Source of the DNA: Vitrella brassicaformis CCMP3155 | Taxonomy: Eukaryota > Protista > Chromerida | Reading direction: 5' to 3' | Length of the DNA: 64,000 nt | NCBI GenBank assembly: GCA_001179505.1 | Contig: CDMY01000318.1 | Coordinates: 1 to 64,000, forward strand | In this document: one piece after another, positions 35,120-48,616 of the stretch | Numbering within the stretch: position 1 is the first letter of the stretch | Layout of the letters: each line of letters begins with the position of its first letter | Notes under the pieces: generated by a model | Database searches by the model: none | What the model saw: the letters and a program-made list of their open reading frames with translations, nothing else | Told to the model about the DNA's origin: nothing | Translations under genes and position numbers: made by a program

Positions 35120-38100
35120 ATGCCGCCCGAATCGGTCAAGGTGCAGCTTGCTGACCTCCCCGGTGAGTCAAGGCACTGGGCGCTGCACCATGCTCGCAGC
35201 GGCCAAACGACATGCCTGCCTTCAAACGCCTTCTGTTGTCTGTCTGTCTGTCTCTGTGTCAGAGGGGGAGGAGGATCTGTTGGAGTACCTGAGTGACCGT
35301 GAGGAGTGCATTGAGGACTACGAGGATGAGGGCGAGAAGGAACACACATTCCCCAACACCGTCATGGGTCAGTCAGTGTGTCGCGTCACTCATTCACACA
35401 CCCGACACACGCGCATCATGTCTGTGTGTGTGTGTGTGTTGCAGTGGGTGGTGCGCCTTGTGTGGGTCCTGAGAAGCAGGAGAAGCTGCAGAAGATCGTG
35501 CTCAAGCTGTTCGAGCGGTTCGGGGAGGTCACCGAGTGCGAAATGATCACTGACGACAACAAGCAGGGACTCGGGTCAGCCACACACACACAGAGACAAA
35601 CAAACAGACAGACAGCCACCGACGCACGCACAGACAAACCGATGGATGGATGGATGGATGGATGGATGTGTGTGTCTGCCTGTCTGTCTGTGTGTGGCTT
35701 GTATAACAGATTTTTCTTTGTGACGTACTCATCGGCCGATGACGCCAAGCTGGCGTGCGACAACCTCAATGGCCACGCGCTCGACAGATCACACACATTC
35801 AAGGTCGGTCGGTCGGTCAGCCAGGATGGACAGGACACGAGTAGGTGTATCTCGTCGCTCCATCCTGTGGTGTCTTGTCTTTTGTTGTGTGGTGTAGGCG
35901 GTGATGCTCGACAACTACGACCAGATCATCACTCGCACCGAGGACTACAGACCGCCCCCTTCAGTGCCTTTCTTCGTCAGAGTGAGCCTGCCGACCGACG
36001 AAAGAAAGGGCACACAGGCAGGCAGGCCATGAAAGGTGCAGTGCGCCACTGTTCGTCTGTCTGCCTGTCTGTCTGTCTGTCTGTCATTCTCCTTCAGGAG
36101 CATCTGTGGTGGTGGCTCAACGACGAGCGTCAGAGGGAGCAGCTGCTGCTCAGATACGCCGTACGTCACAACACACACACACACGTCTCCCCACCCCCTA
36201 GACATCCTCTGTCTGCTGTCTGTGTGCGTCGGTCGGTCGGACAGGATGAGACGGAGATCTACTGGCACGACCCGGTTGAGCGTGCGCCGATGCTCGTCTA
36301 CAACGGGTCGCGGGAGCGCGCCAAGGGCAGCAAAGTCTGGACGGAGTTCCGCGCAATGTGGTCGCCAAGAGGCTCATACGTCACCACTTTCCACAGACCA
36401 GGTAGGTGCCTCCCACACCCACAATTGGATGGATGGATGGATGGATGGCACATTTTTCTGCCGCCGTCATAATACGCTGTCAGGTGTGGCGCTGTGGATG
36501 GGGGAAGGTTTCCGCAAGGCCATGAAGTACGAGCACAAGGAGGTCAAGCACCTGGAGTTTTCGCCAGACGAGGAGTACATCATCTCCTGGGACGGCACCC
36601 CTCACGCAGCCAAGTACGACAAGGCCGTCAAGATATTCCGCACACAAACCGGCGAAGTGCTGCGCTCATTCCCGGTGAGGGAGGGAGGGAGGGAGGGAGT
36701 CGAGGCAATGACCTCTCCTCCCATCCCAGCCAGACTGGCGAAATGGACGGCATATTGTGCTATCTTGTGCTGCTGTGTGCAGACGCCGATGGTTGCCCCG
36801 AAGGGCGGTGAGTTCCCCCACTTCCTGTGGTCGGCCGACAGCAAGTACTTCGCCAAGTGCAGCGACAAGGACATTCTCGGTGAGCAAAATGACCAACGGT
36901 TCCGACGCGGATTGTTCGTCTCTCTGCAATGTGCCTCTCTCCTCCTTCCTTTGCTGTGCAGTGTACGAGACGGCGACGATGAAGCCCCTCATGGTCGAGG
37001 GCAAGACCGCACCGCTCAAGTTCCCCGACGGACTCGACAGATTCGAATGGTACGGAGCAGAGCGCACAGACACACACACCCACGTCAGTCGCCACACACA
37101 CATCTTCCCCCTTCCCCCCCCCCCTCTCCCTCTGCTTGTGTGTGCAGGTCGCCGACCGACCCCGTGCTGTCCATCTGGACGCCCGAGCGCGGCAACAGCC
37201 CCGGCCGTCTGGTGCTGATCGAGATTCCGTCCCGTCGCGAGCTGGCCACCAAGAACGTCTTCCAGGTGCGTGACGCGCAGCTGCACTGGCAGAGCAGGGG
37301 CGACTACTTCTGCCTCAACGTCACCCGCACCAGCAAGAGCAAAAAGACCGGACACAACCAGCTCGAGATTTTCAGACTCAGGTACGTGTCAAGCAAAGGA
37401 GGGAGGGAGCCGTGGGGATTTGATGTGTGGGTTATTGTGGCTGTGGCTGTGGGTGCATCCGTGTGTGTGTGTGGTGGACAGGGAGAAGAATGTGCCGGTG
37501 GAGATGGTGTCGCTGCGCGAGAATTTGAAACTCTTCCAGTGGGAGAACTCAGGTCAGTTTCTGTGTGTGGTGGGTGGTGGTGGGTGTGTGGAAAGTCCTC
37601 TGATCTTCCTGTCCTGTGTGATCATATCTGTGTCCACAACAGGTAGTCGGTTTGCGGTGCTGCTGCAGGACGAGACGACCCACGCGCAAATGATCCGCTT
37701 CTACCAGATGAAGGGCAGGGGCAAAGGCACCTGCGAGGTGCGTCTGACAGACACAAACACTCACCTACACACTCTCCCTACAATCAGTCAGGTGGCCGGA
37801 ACACATAAAGGTGCTTTGCTATGTGTTTGTGTGTTGGTGCAGATCATCACATCGTTCGACATCTCGAGTCAGATCAACCAGGTCTACTGGTCGCCCCTCG
37901 GCACCCACTTCGTGCTGGCCTCACTGGGGTCTGACGGCACTCTCTTGTTCGGCAACCTCAGCGCAGACGGCAAACCTGACGTAAGGACGCAGGCGTACAT
38001 ACAAATCACAGACAGACATTGGCGGCAGCGGACGGACAGTATCCCTGTGCCTGTGTGTCTTGGTGTGTGTGTTCATTCAGATTGTGCACAAGGACGAGCA

Positions 38101-38265
38101 TTTCATGGTGAATGAGGTGATGTGGGACCCCACTGGGCGGTACGTCATCACTGCCGTGACCGTGCCCATGGTCTCGGGCGGCGCATCCGCATGGAGATAC
38201 AACATGGAAGCCGGGTGGGGTACACACGCTCACTACCAGCACACCAGCACACACACGTCCCTTCA

Positions 38266-38303
<38 letters not shown>

Positions 38304-39136
38304 TCAGGTTTGCCATCTGGTCGTTCCAGGGCCGTTTGCAGTACAAGGCGCAGAAGGAGCGGCTGTACCACGTGGCCTGGCGGCCCAGGCCTCCAGCGCT
38401 CGTGTCGCCCGAGAAGATCGACGAAGTCAAGAAAAACCTCAAGGAATACTCCAAGAAGTAAATACGATGACTGACTGACGGCACCATACCGTGTTGACCA
38501 CACACGGGCGGGATGTGGTGTGATGGATGCCCTCATCCAAGCCACATGTGTGTGTGTGTGTGTGTGTGTCAGCTATGACCGTATCGACGAAGAGTTGAAG
38601 CGGTCCAAGAGGGAAGAGTTCCAGGGGGCCAGGAAAGAAAAGGTGAGGGACCACAGACCGACCGACCCACCCACCGACGGCCGTCCATCGCGTCAATCTG
38701 TGTCGGTATCTGTGTGTGTGTGTGGTGTCACTGAAACAGATGGACGAGTTCCTCGAGATGCTCCGAGCCATGGACGACGCCAGGAAAGACCACGTAAGCA
38801 CACCATACAAGACACAGGCAGGCAGACAGACGCCACGGAAGATACACTAACGCTACACGGCCGCGTGTTCGTGTTGTGTTATACGGCAGCCGTCTTACGA
38901 CGACTGGGAGGACGGGTGGGACGATTTGGAGGACCAGATCGAGTGGGAGGAGATCGAGGAGCAGTTCGAAGAGGTAGGCACACACACACAAACACACACA
39001 CACACACACACATACGTCTGCCTGAGGCTGACGGGCCACTTGTTCCCTCCCTCTCTCTCTTTCTGTGTGTGTGTGTGTGTGTGTGTGGCGTGTGCAGGAG
39101 ATCGATTCCAAGATGGAGGTGGTCGCAGACTCATAA
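35120..39136 (+). CDS. EIF3B: Eukaryotic translation initiation factor 3 subunit B
   Basis: RRM VVGGAPCVGPEKQEKL..LNGHALDRSHTF, WSPRGSYV, FSPDEEYI, FLWSADSKYFA, LHWQSRGDYF, WSPLGTHF, WDPTGRYV, WRPRPP, acidic tail. Confidence 0.95.
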
Positions 39137-39667
39137 TAATCGACCCTTTTTCAACGGCGGCGGCGCACATGTGCGCTGTTGCCCAGCCGTCTGTCCGTGT
39201 CGCGAGTATTCACTGATGGAGATGGAGATGGCGGTCTGTCCGTGCGGTGCGGTGCGGTGTGGTGTGGTGTGGTGCATGGTTCTCTGTTCCACGCTGAGGA
39301 CTGTGAGGACAGTGTCTCCTCGGCGTGTCCGTGACGTGGTGGTGCTTTAAGAAAGATGTTTCTGTCTACATGACCTAATGCGATGCCGTGCCTTGATTCA
39401 ATCACCTGCTCATCTCATACACACACCGAGGCGAGGCCGCAAACGTCTGTCTTTCAGCCTTGCAAGCATGCACAACCAAGACATCAACCTGCTACAGCAA
39501 GACTGAGACAAGACCTATCTACCCGTTAGTTCAGGAGCAAAGAAAGAAAGATACACTGCGTGGAAGCCACGCCAGGTGGCACGCAACCATTAGAGCGCAG
39601 CCAAACACGCGCGCAGGAACTCAGATAGCTGATCACGAGGTAGATAATTCGGCGTTCGCCCCACCCC

Positions 39668-41180
39668 TCACTGATCGACACTCTCAGTATCAGCTCTCGC
39701 CTCCTCCTCACGAGCATCGACCAGCCACTGCCCATCCTCTGTCCTGGCTGAATACACATTGACGACTCCCGTCCGGTATGCCAGGCCCTCTTGCTCTGGC
39801 AGCGGCGAATCCTCAGTTTCACTACCAAGCCAGCTGAGGAAAGCTTCAGAAACCGCCAGCCAGTCGCGAGATCCGTGGCGCTCTCCAAGGTGGACATGGT
39901 ATCCCTTGTTGGCTGGCCCCGCCATGACCAATTCGTTTTGATCCAGGTCGATGATATACTGATAGCGGGCTCTCGGAAGTGGAAGCCAGATGGATCTGGG
40001 GGCCCGGAAGGCGCTGCGGAAGAATCGATCTTCCAGGAGCCTGTCCAGTGGCCGGCCTGAGTCGCTCCCATAGTCATCGCGTCTTCGGAAGCCCCGAACC
40101 ACCCATCCATCGGTCGTCTCGACCACAACATTGCCCCGGAAGCGAGCGGCCAGTACGCAGAGAGGGGTGTTGTCTAGGTCAATCATGTCTGGCAGGAGCC
40201 GCCTATAGCGCTCCAGGGAGGGGTCGAAGGTGTACTCGCACCGCAGCTCGTCGAGGATCTGGCGACCGAGGCGGTCGGGCTCGCCATTCTTCTCCTGGCG
40301 AACCAGGACCGAGCTGTTCTGATAAACAAAGCCAAAGATAGCCGGTGTATCGGTGTCCTTCGGCCGCTTCTTCCCCCCGCTGCTGCGCTTTTTCTTGGTC
40401 GCTGGTGGGGCACCTTCGATCGGCTCCACCGTCGACCCTTCAGAGCTGAGGAACTCATCAGTGCTCTGGTTCTCAGAGGCACACATCGCCTTGCCCATTC
40501 TTCCCAGAACCTCCCAAGCTCCAGACGGCTCCTCTTTATCTCCCGTGAGTGCCTTGATATCATTCTGAGACAGACTCTTAAGGAACCCTGGGGGCTTCCT
40601 GTCTAAGACTTCCTCGTCCTCCTCCAAGTCTCCCATTGCCTCGACGATTTGAGTGAGGTTGCACTTCAGGATGTCCCCAAAGGTGATGTAACTCCACTGG
40701 CCGTATTTGTAGTAGATGAGTCTCTGTTTGTCCAGGTCGGCCCAATACCCATACTCGATGAAGACGCCATCTGGCGGGCCAGCATCGTGGTATCGCTCAC
40801 GGTGGAGGATGTCCTCGAGGGACACGTGGTCGATGCTTTCGTCCGGATCGTAGATGGACTGCAGCTTCCCCAGCTGACACACAAGACACAATGGACAGAC
40901 AGACACAAAGCAGCTACAACACTGCGTGCAGCGTGTACCTGGTCCTTCCATCTCTGCATGCTCCTGTCCTCCTCGAGGGCCGCTCTGACCTCCTTTAGGA
41001 CACTCTCACCCAGGCCTGGGAAGTTCGGGTATGCATCATATTGCTGATCGACATGCACACACAGACAAGACGGCACATTCGTGTCGAAACCACCCATGGC
41101 CTACCCGTTCCTTTGCTCACGTTGAATATGTTGTACGTTCTCGCCTGGAACCTGAAGCCAGCAAGGCCTCGAGTGCCCAT
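39668..41180 (-). CDS. Uncharacterised protein with two tandem 'MGTRG..YN.YD.YP.GLG / Y.IDLD' units (3 exons)
   Basis: Exon 1 MGTRGLAGFRFQARTYNIFN (41180-41121), exon 2 QYDAYPNFPGLGESVLKEV.., and a long exon 3 with EYGYWADLDKQRL plus a second unit TPAIFGFVYQN..EPDRLGRQIL..RYQYIIDLDQNEL. Confidence 0.75.
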
Positions 41181-41518
41181 GGTTGTTGTGCATGTCCGCC
41201 GGCAGTGATTGGCGGCCACCCGGCGAAGCAAGAGGCCGCGAGAGTGATGATGACGATGATGTGTATGGGCGAAGCCAACACAGCCAGCGGTAAGGGCGTC
41301 GGCAACCCGGAGCGCATCTCCTGATGGAAGCCAGACCCTGAGGAAGAATAAAGGTGAAGAGCAGATGAGCCGGAAGATGAGCGAGAAGAGATACATGGTA
41401 AGCACTGCGCGTTGGCTGTTGCTAGGGCGTGGCGTCCGTTATCTTGTGCGCTGTAGAAAGTGGCAGGGATCGCTAGGGAGCTCGCAATTGTTGACTGCCA
41501 AAGCAGGTAGGGCTATGG

Positions 41519-42621
41519 ATGGCCATTACACACCTACGGATAGGCAGCAGCTCCGCTTTCTGTTCCATCCGGCTCTTTGCATCGCTCACAATGCTGCTGA
41601 CGGTGGCGGGTATGCCTCACAGCCCAGCAACTGACTCATCGAAGGGGCTTCCACGGCCACACATGTTGTTCATCTCGCCCCGCTCGTTGCTGCGCTGCGA
41701 TCTGCTGCCCCAGGTCAGGCCGCACAAGAAACGACGAGCGGCTGCAGCTCTGGCCAATGAAGGCGGCGCGTCAGCCGATGGTGCAGCGATGGGAGAGGAC
41801 GGACAAGAAGATCTTGCTCTGCAACTCAGATCCGAAGTTGCCAAGAGAGGCCTGGACCCAGGTACCACAACCAGTGAGTGACAGAGGAAACCATGGCTGC
41901 CATCATGATGTCTGCGGTGTCTGTCTGTGTCGTTGGATCAGTTGGAGCGGTGGGCGAGAGAGGGCCAGCCGAGTTCACCTCGCCCCGTCGGCTCGTCGAG
42001 TACGTCATGCGGGCGCTCAGAGACCGACGTGACGCGGCCGACGATGCCGGCGTCAGGGAGGCGTTTCGATTCACCGCCAACCACGCGGGCCGCCAGACGC
42101 TCCATGGGGAGCCGTCGAGCGATGAACGAATGGATTGGACGCAGACGAGGATACTGGGAGGTGAGCAACGACCGTCCTGTGCGTGTGTGTGCATTCTTGA
42201 TCCAACTTATTTGGTGTCTGTCTGTGTGTCATGTGTCTGTCTGCAGGTCTGCCTGTGGGTCCCACGCTGACCTACGGGGCCTTCCGGCAAATGATCGAGA
42301 CGCTCTATCCATTCCTGATGGACTTCACCCGATACGAGGTCCGTCACGTCACATCGATGGATGCCCCCCACGCACCACACCTTTCTGTCCATGGTCACTC
42401 TGCAGATTATGGATCGGTCGACTTTGCTGTCCCCATCGAATGAGAGCGATGACGTGATGGTCTTCTTGGTCAAGGTCTGGGGCAGCCGGGCGGCGGCAGA
42501 CGAGCAGACTGGGCGGCGGGGGGATGGGCGGGATGAGAGGGGCAGGACCGTAGCCGTGCGGCTGGTCTACAACTGGGCCAGGTGGTGTTATCTCATTTAT
42601 CGCGTCGACGTCCTGGGCTAG
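41519..42621 (+). CDS. DUF4864-like/NTF2-like protein (copy 2)
   Basis: Four phase-compatible exons, near-identical to 10897-12006. Confidence 0.6.
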
Positions 42622-43129
42622 GGGCGGGCTGTTCGGCTGTTTTATGTGACACTGTGTGTGTGTGTGTACAGTATGACAGGACAGAACAGCTAGCTGCGTA
42701 GATGGGCTGAAGACAGAAGCTGTTTGGTCGTTGTTCAGAAAGGCCTTGGAGACGACCATGGCGATGTCGGCGTCGTCGTGCCCATCTTCATGTTGGATGT
42801 GCGTGTTGCGGCCGCTGAAAACCTGAGATGGTGTGAATGAACAGATAGAGAAGCTGAATGAACGGCCGATAACCACAACCAGCCAACGCAGATAGATGCA
42901 CCCACCGGGATCAGTCAATGAATCATCTGTGTGTGACAGGGTCCCTGCGCACCGTGAGGTACTCGTCGGCTTCTTTGAGTCCCCAGCCTCATCCCAACCC
43001 CGTGCCGATGCCCGTGATGCGGAAGCTTCTCTGTATGTGCGTGGACGGCTTGAATGAACGGCCGAGGACATGCTGCATGGATGAACGAACGAATCATGGA
43101 TCATTCCTTCACTGATTCGGTCGGTCCGT

Positions 43130-44630
43130 CGGTCGCTTTTGTGTCTGTCTGCTGTCTGTCTGCCTCGCTAAGTGTCGCATCGATCGTCCCGCCTGCCAGC
43201 AGCCAAACACGTGCGGCAATGCAATCAACCCATGCGTGGAATCGATCCATCAAAGCACTGAGCCATCCATCCAGCCATGGAAACTACCGGACACACCCAT
43301 ACACTCACATGCATATAGGCAGGCACCACGGCCGGCCACAGCACGGAAACGCGCAAAAAAGGGGACGGCACGGAGGGTCTCTGTGTCTCTCTGTGTGTGT
43401 GGGTTGCGCTGTCTGTCTGTTTGTCTTGTCGGTTAGTCTGTCCGTCCACTCACACACATCCCAGGCAGCCCACACACACCACCCCTCCCAGCACTGACTA
43501 GCTATCCCATCACTGCCCCTGTACGTCCTCAAGCTCAGTCAGAGAGCGGCCAAAGGTCAGACAGAGCGGCAATGAGGCAAGTAACTAGTGCTGGCAGAGG
43601 TGGTGTGGTGTGGTGTAGTGTGCGGGTGTGTGTGTGTTTGTCGGTTCGGCTCACCGTCTGCCAAAAAACAAAACCAATGATTGATAACCGCCCATCCACG
43701 CAATACCATCATGGGTGCGGTTCGTTATGTGTGTGGGTGTGTGTGATCAAAACAGATGCAGAGCTGCGCGCGTGTGGCTGACGTGTGTGTATGAGACCGC
43801 TCTCTCTCTCCCAAAAAGCAAAATCACTGAGAGAGACAATACCATACAATACCATACGAACGGACAGGCAGACGAGGCCACACAGCACAACAACAAACAC
43901 TCATACTCACCACAGCCAGGCGGCCACAGCATTCTCACACATACAGACACTCCCCCCTTCAACACGTCCATCTGTGTATATGTGTGTGGTGTGTGGTGTG
44001 TGTTGGTGCTCTATTTGGCGTGGCCGTCGCGGTCGCGCTTCTTGCCCTTGCCCTTGGACAGCTGGGCGTAATTGATAGGTTCCTGGCCGTTCTCCCGCTT
44101 CTCCTGCAGACGGGGCGACATCCGCACCCCCTCCCCCCCGCCCCCGGCAGCCTGGTTGTTGCCCTGTGTGGGGCCACGGCGGACACGGCGGCGCTTGGAG
44201 CCACTGCCACTGCCACCACCGCTAGCAGCAGCGGCGGCGGCGGCGGCCGGTGCCGGTCCGTCGTCGATGTCCATCTTGTCATCGTCGATGTCCATGTGGT
44301 CGTCGGGGATGCCGTAGTTGACCTCGGGGAAGGGCGGGTTCGGCGGCATCACGGGATACCCTACGTGGGATGGATGGATGAATGGAGAGAGAGAGAGAGA
44401 GAGAGAGGGGAAGAGGTGATGGGTGGGTGGTGGGTATCTCTCTCTCTCTCTGTGTCTCTCTGTATCTTTGTGTGTGGGCAAGGGGGGCAGGAGGGAGGGG
44501 GTTTGTGTCTCCTCTCTCTACCATACGTATACGTACCTTCAGGATAGTTGGCCTGCAACTCGCCCAGGAAGTGGTGGTACCTGCACACACAAACGACAAG
44601 AAGCAAAGAAGAGACGTGTCCATTCGTCCA

Positions 44631-44665
<35 letters not shown>

Positions 44666-47433
44666 CTGTGTGTCTGTGTCTGTGTGTGTTCTCCTTGGCC
44701 CACTTACTTTTTTTTTGTCAACGATGTCGAAGAAGGGGTGGTACAACGCCTGCACAGCCGTGATGCGACGGTCCGGCTGATACGGCAACATACTGAACAT
44801 CCACACACACAACCGCATCCACATCACACACATGACCCTCACCCCCGCTCCCCGCTCCCCAGCCCACCGAGTGATCAGATCCACCAGCAGTGAGTTGCGA
44901 TCCACATCGGTGCGGCCATAGGGATGGTACCCGGCGGCCTGGGAGATGGAGTCGTCGCTGCGGCGCAGCAGCGCCGTGATGCCGTCGCGCGGGTCGCGCA
45001 CAAACTTGGGGAAACTCTGCACACACACAGACACACAGACACACAGAGAGAGAGAGAGATGAATGAGTTGTGTTGTGTTGTGTTGTGTGTGTGTGTGAGG
45101 GGTGTGAGGGGCGCACATTGAAGTGGTCGGCGTAGGTGAACGCTTCGCTGCGCGGCCAGATGGCATTGGTGGGCGTGCCCAGGGTGTTGAGCATCTTCAT
45201 CAACGTCTCAAACTGACAAACATGTGGCAACACAGACACAGACAGACACACACACGTAAACACGGACAGATGGGCACACAGGCAGACAGGTGTGTGTGTG
45301 TGTGTGGTGTTTGGTTGTGCAGCGCACCTCAGTGTGGCCGTTGAAGGCCGGCATGCCGCTCGTCAACTCTATGAAGATGCACCCAGTGGACCTGACGACG
45401 GCACGTGACCCACACACATACACACACCATAGTGCACAGGTCTCCTCCCTCTCCCTCTCCCTCTCCCTCTCTCTGAGTGTTGTGTCGTTCGTCGGCTGAC
45501 CAGATGTCCAGGGCATAGGTGTACTTGAAGTCGGCCGGTCCCATGAACAACTCGGGCGGGCGATACCTGCACACACACCAACACACACAGAGAGAGAGAG
45601 AGAGAGAGACACTGCTGAATGCACTGTGCGATGCTCTGTATGTCTGTGTGTGGGGGGGGGGGGCTAATGGGTTGTGTGCTCACCACTGAGTGGCCACCTC
45701 GTGCGACATCAACTTATTCGGAATCGTCACCGTGCGGGCCAAACCTGAGTGAGGCACACACACACACATACACACAAACACACAGAGAGGGAGAGAGAGC
45801 AAAGAGGCCGAGTGGATGGATGGATGTGTGGGCGGATCTCTTGTGTGCGGTTACTGACCGAAGTCGGCGATTTTGACGATCCAGTTGTTGGTCATGAGGA
45901 TGTTCTGCGGTTTCAGGTCACGGTGGATGACTGCACACACACACACACACAGAGATACGTCAGAACATGGCTGTGGATGGAAGAGGGGTTGGTATGATGT
46001 GCGCCATAGTGCCAGGATGGCGTACGTCCTTTGCAGTGCATGTAGGCGATGCCGTTGAGTATCTGGTACATCACGCGGGCCAACTGCTCCAGCGTCGGCA
46101 CTGCACACACACCACAACACACAAACACATAGAAACCAACACATGAGCCCCTGCCCCTCTCCCTCTCCCTGTCCCATGTGTGTGTTGTCGTTGTGTGTGT
46201 GTGCGTACCTGTGTTCTTGGGGAGTAGTTTGTTGGGGTTCCAGTAGGGGTAGTTGATCTTGTTCTCCTTGGCACAGATGGTACGGAGGCGTCCGAGGTCG
46301 CCGGCCTCGCACAGCTCGAAGATGAGGTACACGATGGTGGCCATGGGGTCGGAGGGGTCCATGTCCACCTTGTGGAGGGTGACGATGTTCATGTGGCCCC
46401 TCAACGCCATCAACGCATTCACCTGGCACACACACACACACACACGGAAAGATGGGAGGGAGATGGGGAAGATGGTTGCTTTGTTGTGGTGGTCGGCTTG
46501 TGTGTGGGATTGCCAACGTGTGGTAGGCCTCACCTCGCGCATCGTGGTGGATTCTATGCCCTCGCCCCCATTCCACTTCCTCATCTGCACACAACAACGC
46601 ACCATATCACACCGCACCAAATGAACGGCGGGTGAGAGAGACGTCACCATGAGTTCCCCCAGGATGATCAGTCAGTGGCGTGGTCACCTTCTTGATGGCC
46701 AGTCGTGTGCCCTCGGGGACCTCCGTCAACGTGCGATTCGTCACGGCAGCTACGCAGCCATAGACACCTGCACACCAACAGAATACGCAGACAGAGGGAA
46801 AGAATGAAAAGGAGGTAGTACGTAATGGAAAGCCTCAAGAATATGCCAATGCATCAGCCACGCGTCCACGCACCCACACAGAGCAAAATGCACCATCCAT
46901 CCGACGCATTCCATCCCGCCTCCCTCAGTGCATCACGTCCCACGCCGTGTCTCACGCTTCCCCGGCTTCTCTCGCCCTCCCACTCGTCCCGCCAGCTCAC
47001 CTGATCCGAGCATTCGAGAAAAGTGGAAGTTTTGGACCACATAGGGGTCGTGCTCCATGGTCTCGGCGACTTGCGCCATCCTCAACAACCCAACGACTCG
47101 CAGAAACCTTCTCTACGGCCTTTTAGGCGGCTGGGGGCGATACTGATCAGACGGAAGGCACTGTGCATGCGAGTGGCGGCGTCTCGATCTACACGTGTTG
47201 GCCAACGCGTGAGGTCGGCTGAATCAATGTTACATACATATTATGTGCTAGATGATTCATGGTATGCTGATCAGGCAGCCAAACCCATAGGCCGAAAGAT
47301 GGGTCCTGCGTTTACATCACCATGGCTCCTGCGACCGTTATGCGGCCGTGCCAACAGGGACGTCAACCAGGAGGCAGGCCTCTGCTGGCCACGCGCACGA
47401 CTCAAAGGGGTCTGCAAACCTCCGAAGACGCAA
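43130..47433 (-). repeat. Left arm of a large inverted repeat (partner about 55494-59100)
   Basis: Reverse-complement identity from GGGGTCTGCAAACC..GACGCAATT (47408-47433 versus 55494-55520) through the CDK-like gene and its downstream element. Confidence 0.92.
44011..47079 (-). CDS. CDK-like kinase copy A (ESTTMRE helix). Kinase domain intact, C-terminal tail frameshifted at an A9 run
   Basis: LGSG|VYG, LAIKK, EGIESTTMRE, HRDLKPQN, ADFG|LAR, SHEVATQW|YRPPE, DIWSTGCIF, LGTP, PDRRITAVQALYHPFF. Confidence 0.85.
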
Positions 47434-47543
47434 TTTGAGGCCATATCATCGACGATGTCAACTCGCACTGTTTGCATCAAACAGCCGGTTCGATATGCAT
47501 CATGGTCAACAAGTGTCATGCGACAAGCGCTAGCCCGTCTCCA

Positions 47544-48616
47544 TCAGGCTGTGATTGCCACGGCATGCACCCTACACCGGACGTAGTCAGCCAACCACAC
47601 ATTCCCCTTCTCGTCACCAGTCAGCTCCCCCTCCCACCGGCCAAACACATCGTCTCTCACAGGCCGATACAGCCGCCCCTTTGCCCGCTCCTGGGCATCC
47701 TGCTGCATAGCCTCGCGCTCATCGCCGCTTATACCTTCGAAGAAAGAATCACCGAATGTCGTCAGCCTGCAGTGCACCACAGAGAACCAACATAGATGAC
47801 CACCGCGTCTCTGCCGGCCTGGCTGAGTCCACATCCATTCATCCGTACCATCCGGCGACGTCTGTGGGGAGGGGTGTCGGCCGGTCGATCAGCACACATG
47901 ACCGGACCTCAAAGCCATTCGCCTCCAGCAGGGCCGTGTACTCCTCCGCTGTGGGAAAGAACCACGGGTGCCGGCTGTCGAAGTCGGAGTGCCCGCGGGC
48001 AGCCAGCGCCTCCTTCACTGAACGACGGACAAGGCAGCATGGCATCGAGTCACCCCATCCCTCCCTCGCACTGGCTCACGTGCGTCGACGATGCACTGTA
48101 TGTTGCCGTAACCGCCAAACTCTGCGACGAACCGCCCGCCCTTCTTGAGCAGCCCTCGCACATTCCGCACCACCTTTGCCGGGTCGCTCTTCATCCAGTG
48201 CAAAGCCGCGTTGCTGAAGACGGCGTCGAACGCCCCCTCCCACTCAGGCATCTTCTCGTCCAGCCGGTGGCCGTCGATGACGTGCGCGTCAGTGATGCCA
48301 TTGTCGCGGGCTGCGTGGATCATCGGCTCGCTGGCATCGACTGCGGTGACGGAAGCGCCAGATGATTGGAGCTGCAGGGTCAGGACCCCATCGCCACACC
48401 CTGAGAGCGACAAACACATTGCAATGATTGAATCAGATGCGCTGCGTTCGGTCACTTTCTTTCGTCGCTCTTACCGAGATCTAAGATGCGCTCGCCTTTC
48501 TGAGGGCTGAGGTCATTCAGCAGAGGCGCGCCGAGCTTCGGGACGAACCCGGCGTGTGTCTGATATTGAAGGCTACTCCATTCATTCGAGCGCTCTCCAG
48601 TGAAGTCGCTGGGCAT
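47544..48616 (-). CDS. Class I SAM-dependent methyltransferase (Tam-like), copy 1
   Basis: WSSLQYQTHAGFVPKLG..GERILDLG|CGDG, VDAS, FDAVFSNAALHWM, GGRFVAEFGG, PWFFPT..Y..LLEANGF, ADYVRCRV. Four exons join in phase. Confidence 0.9.
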
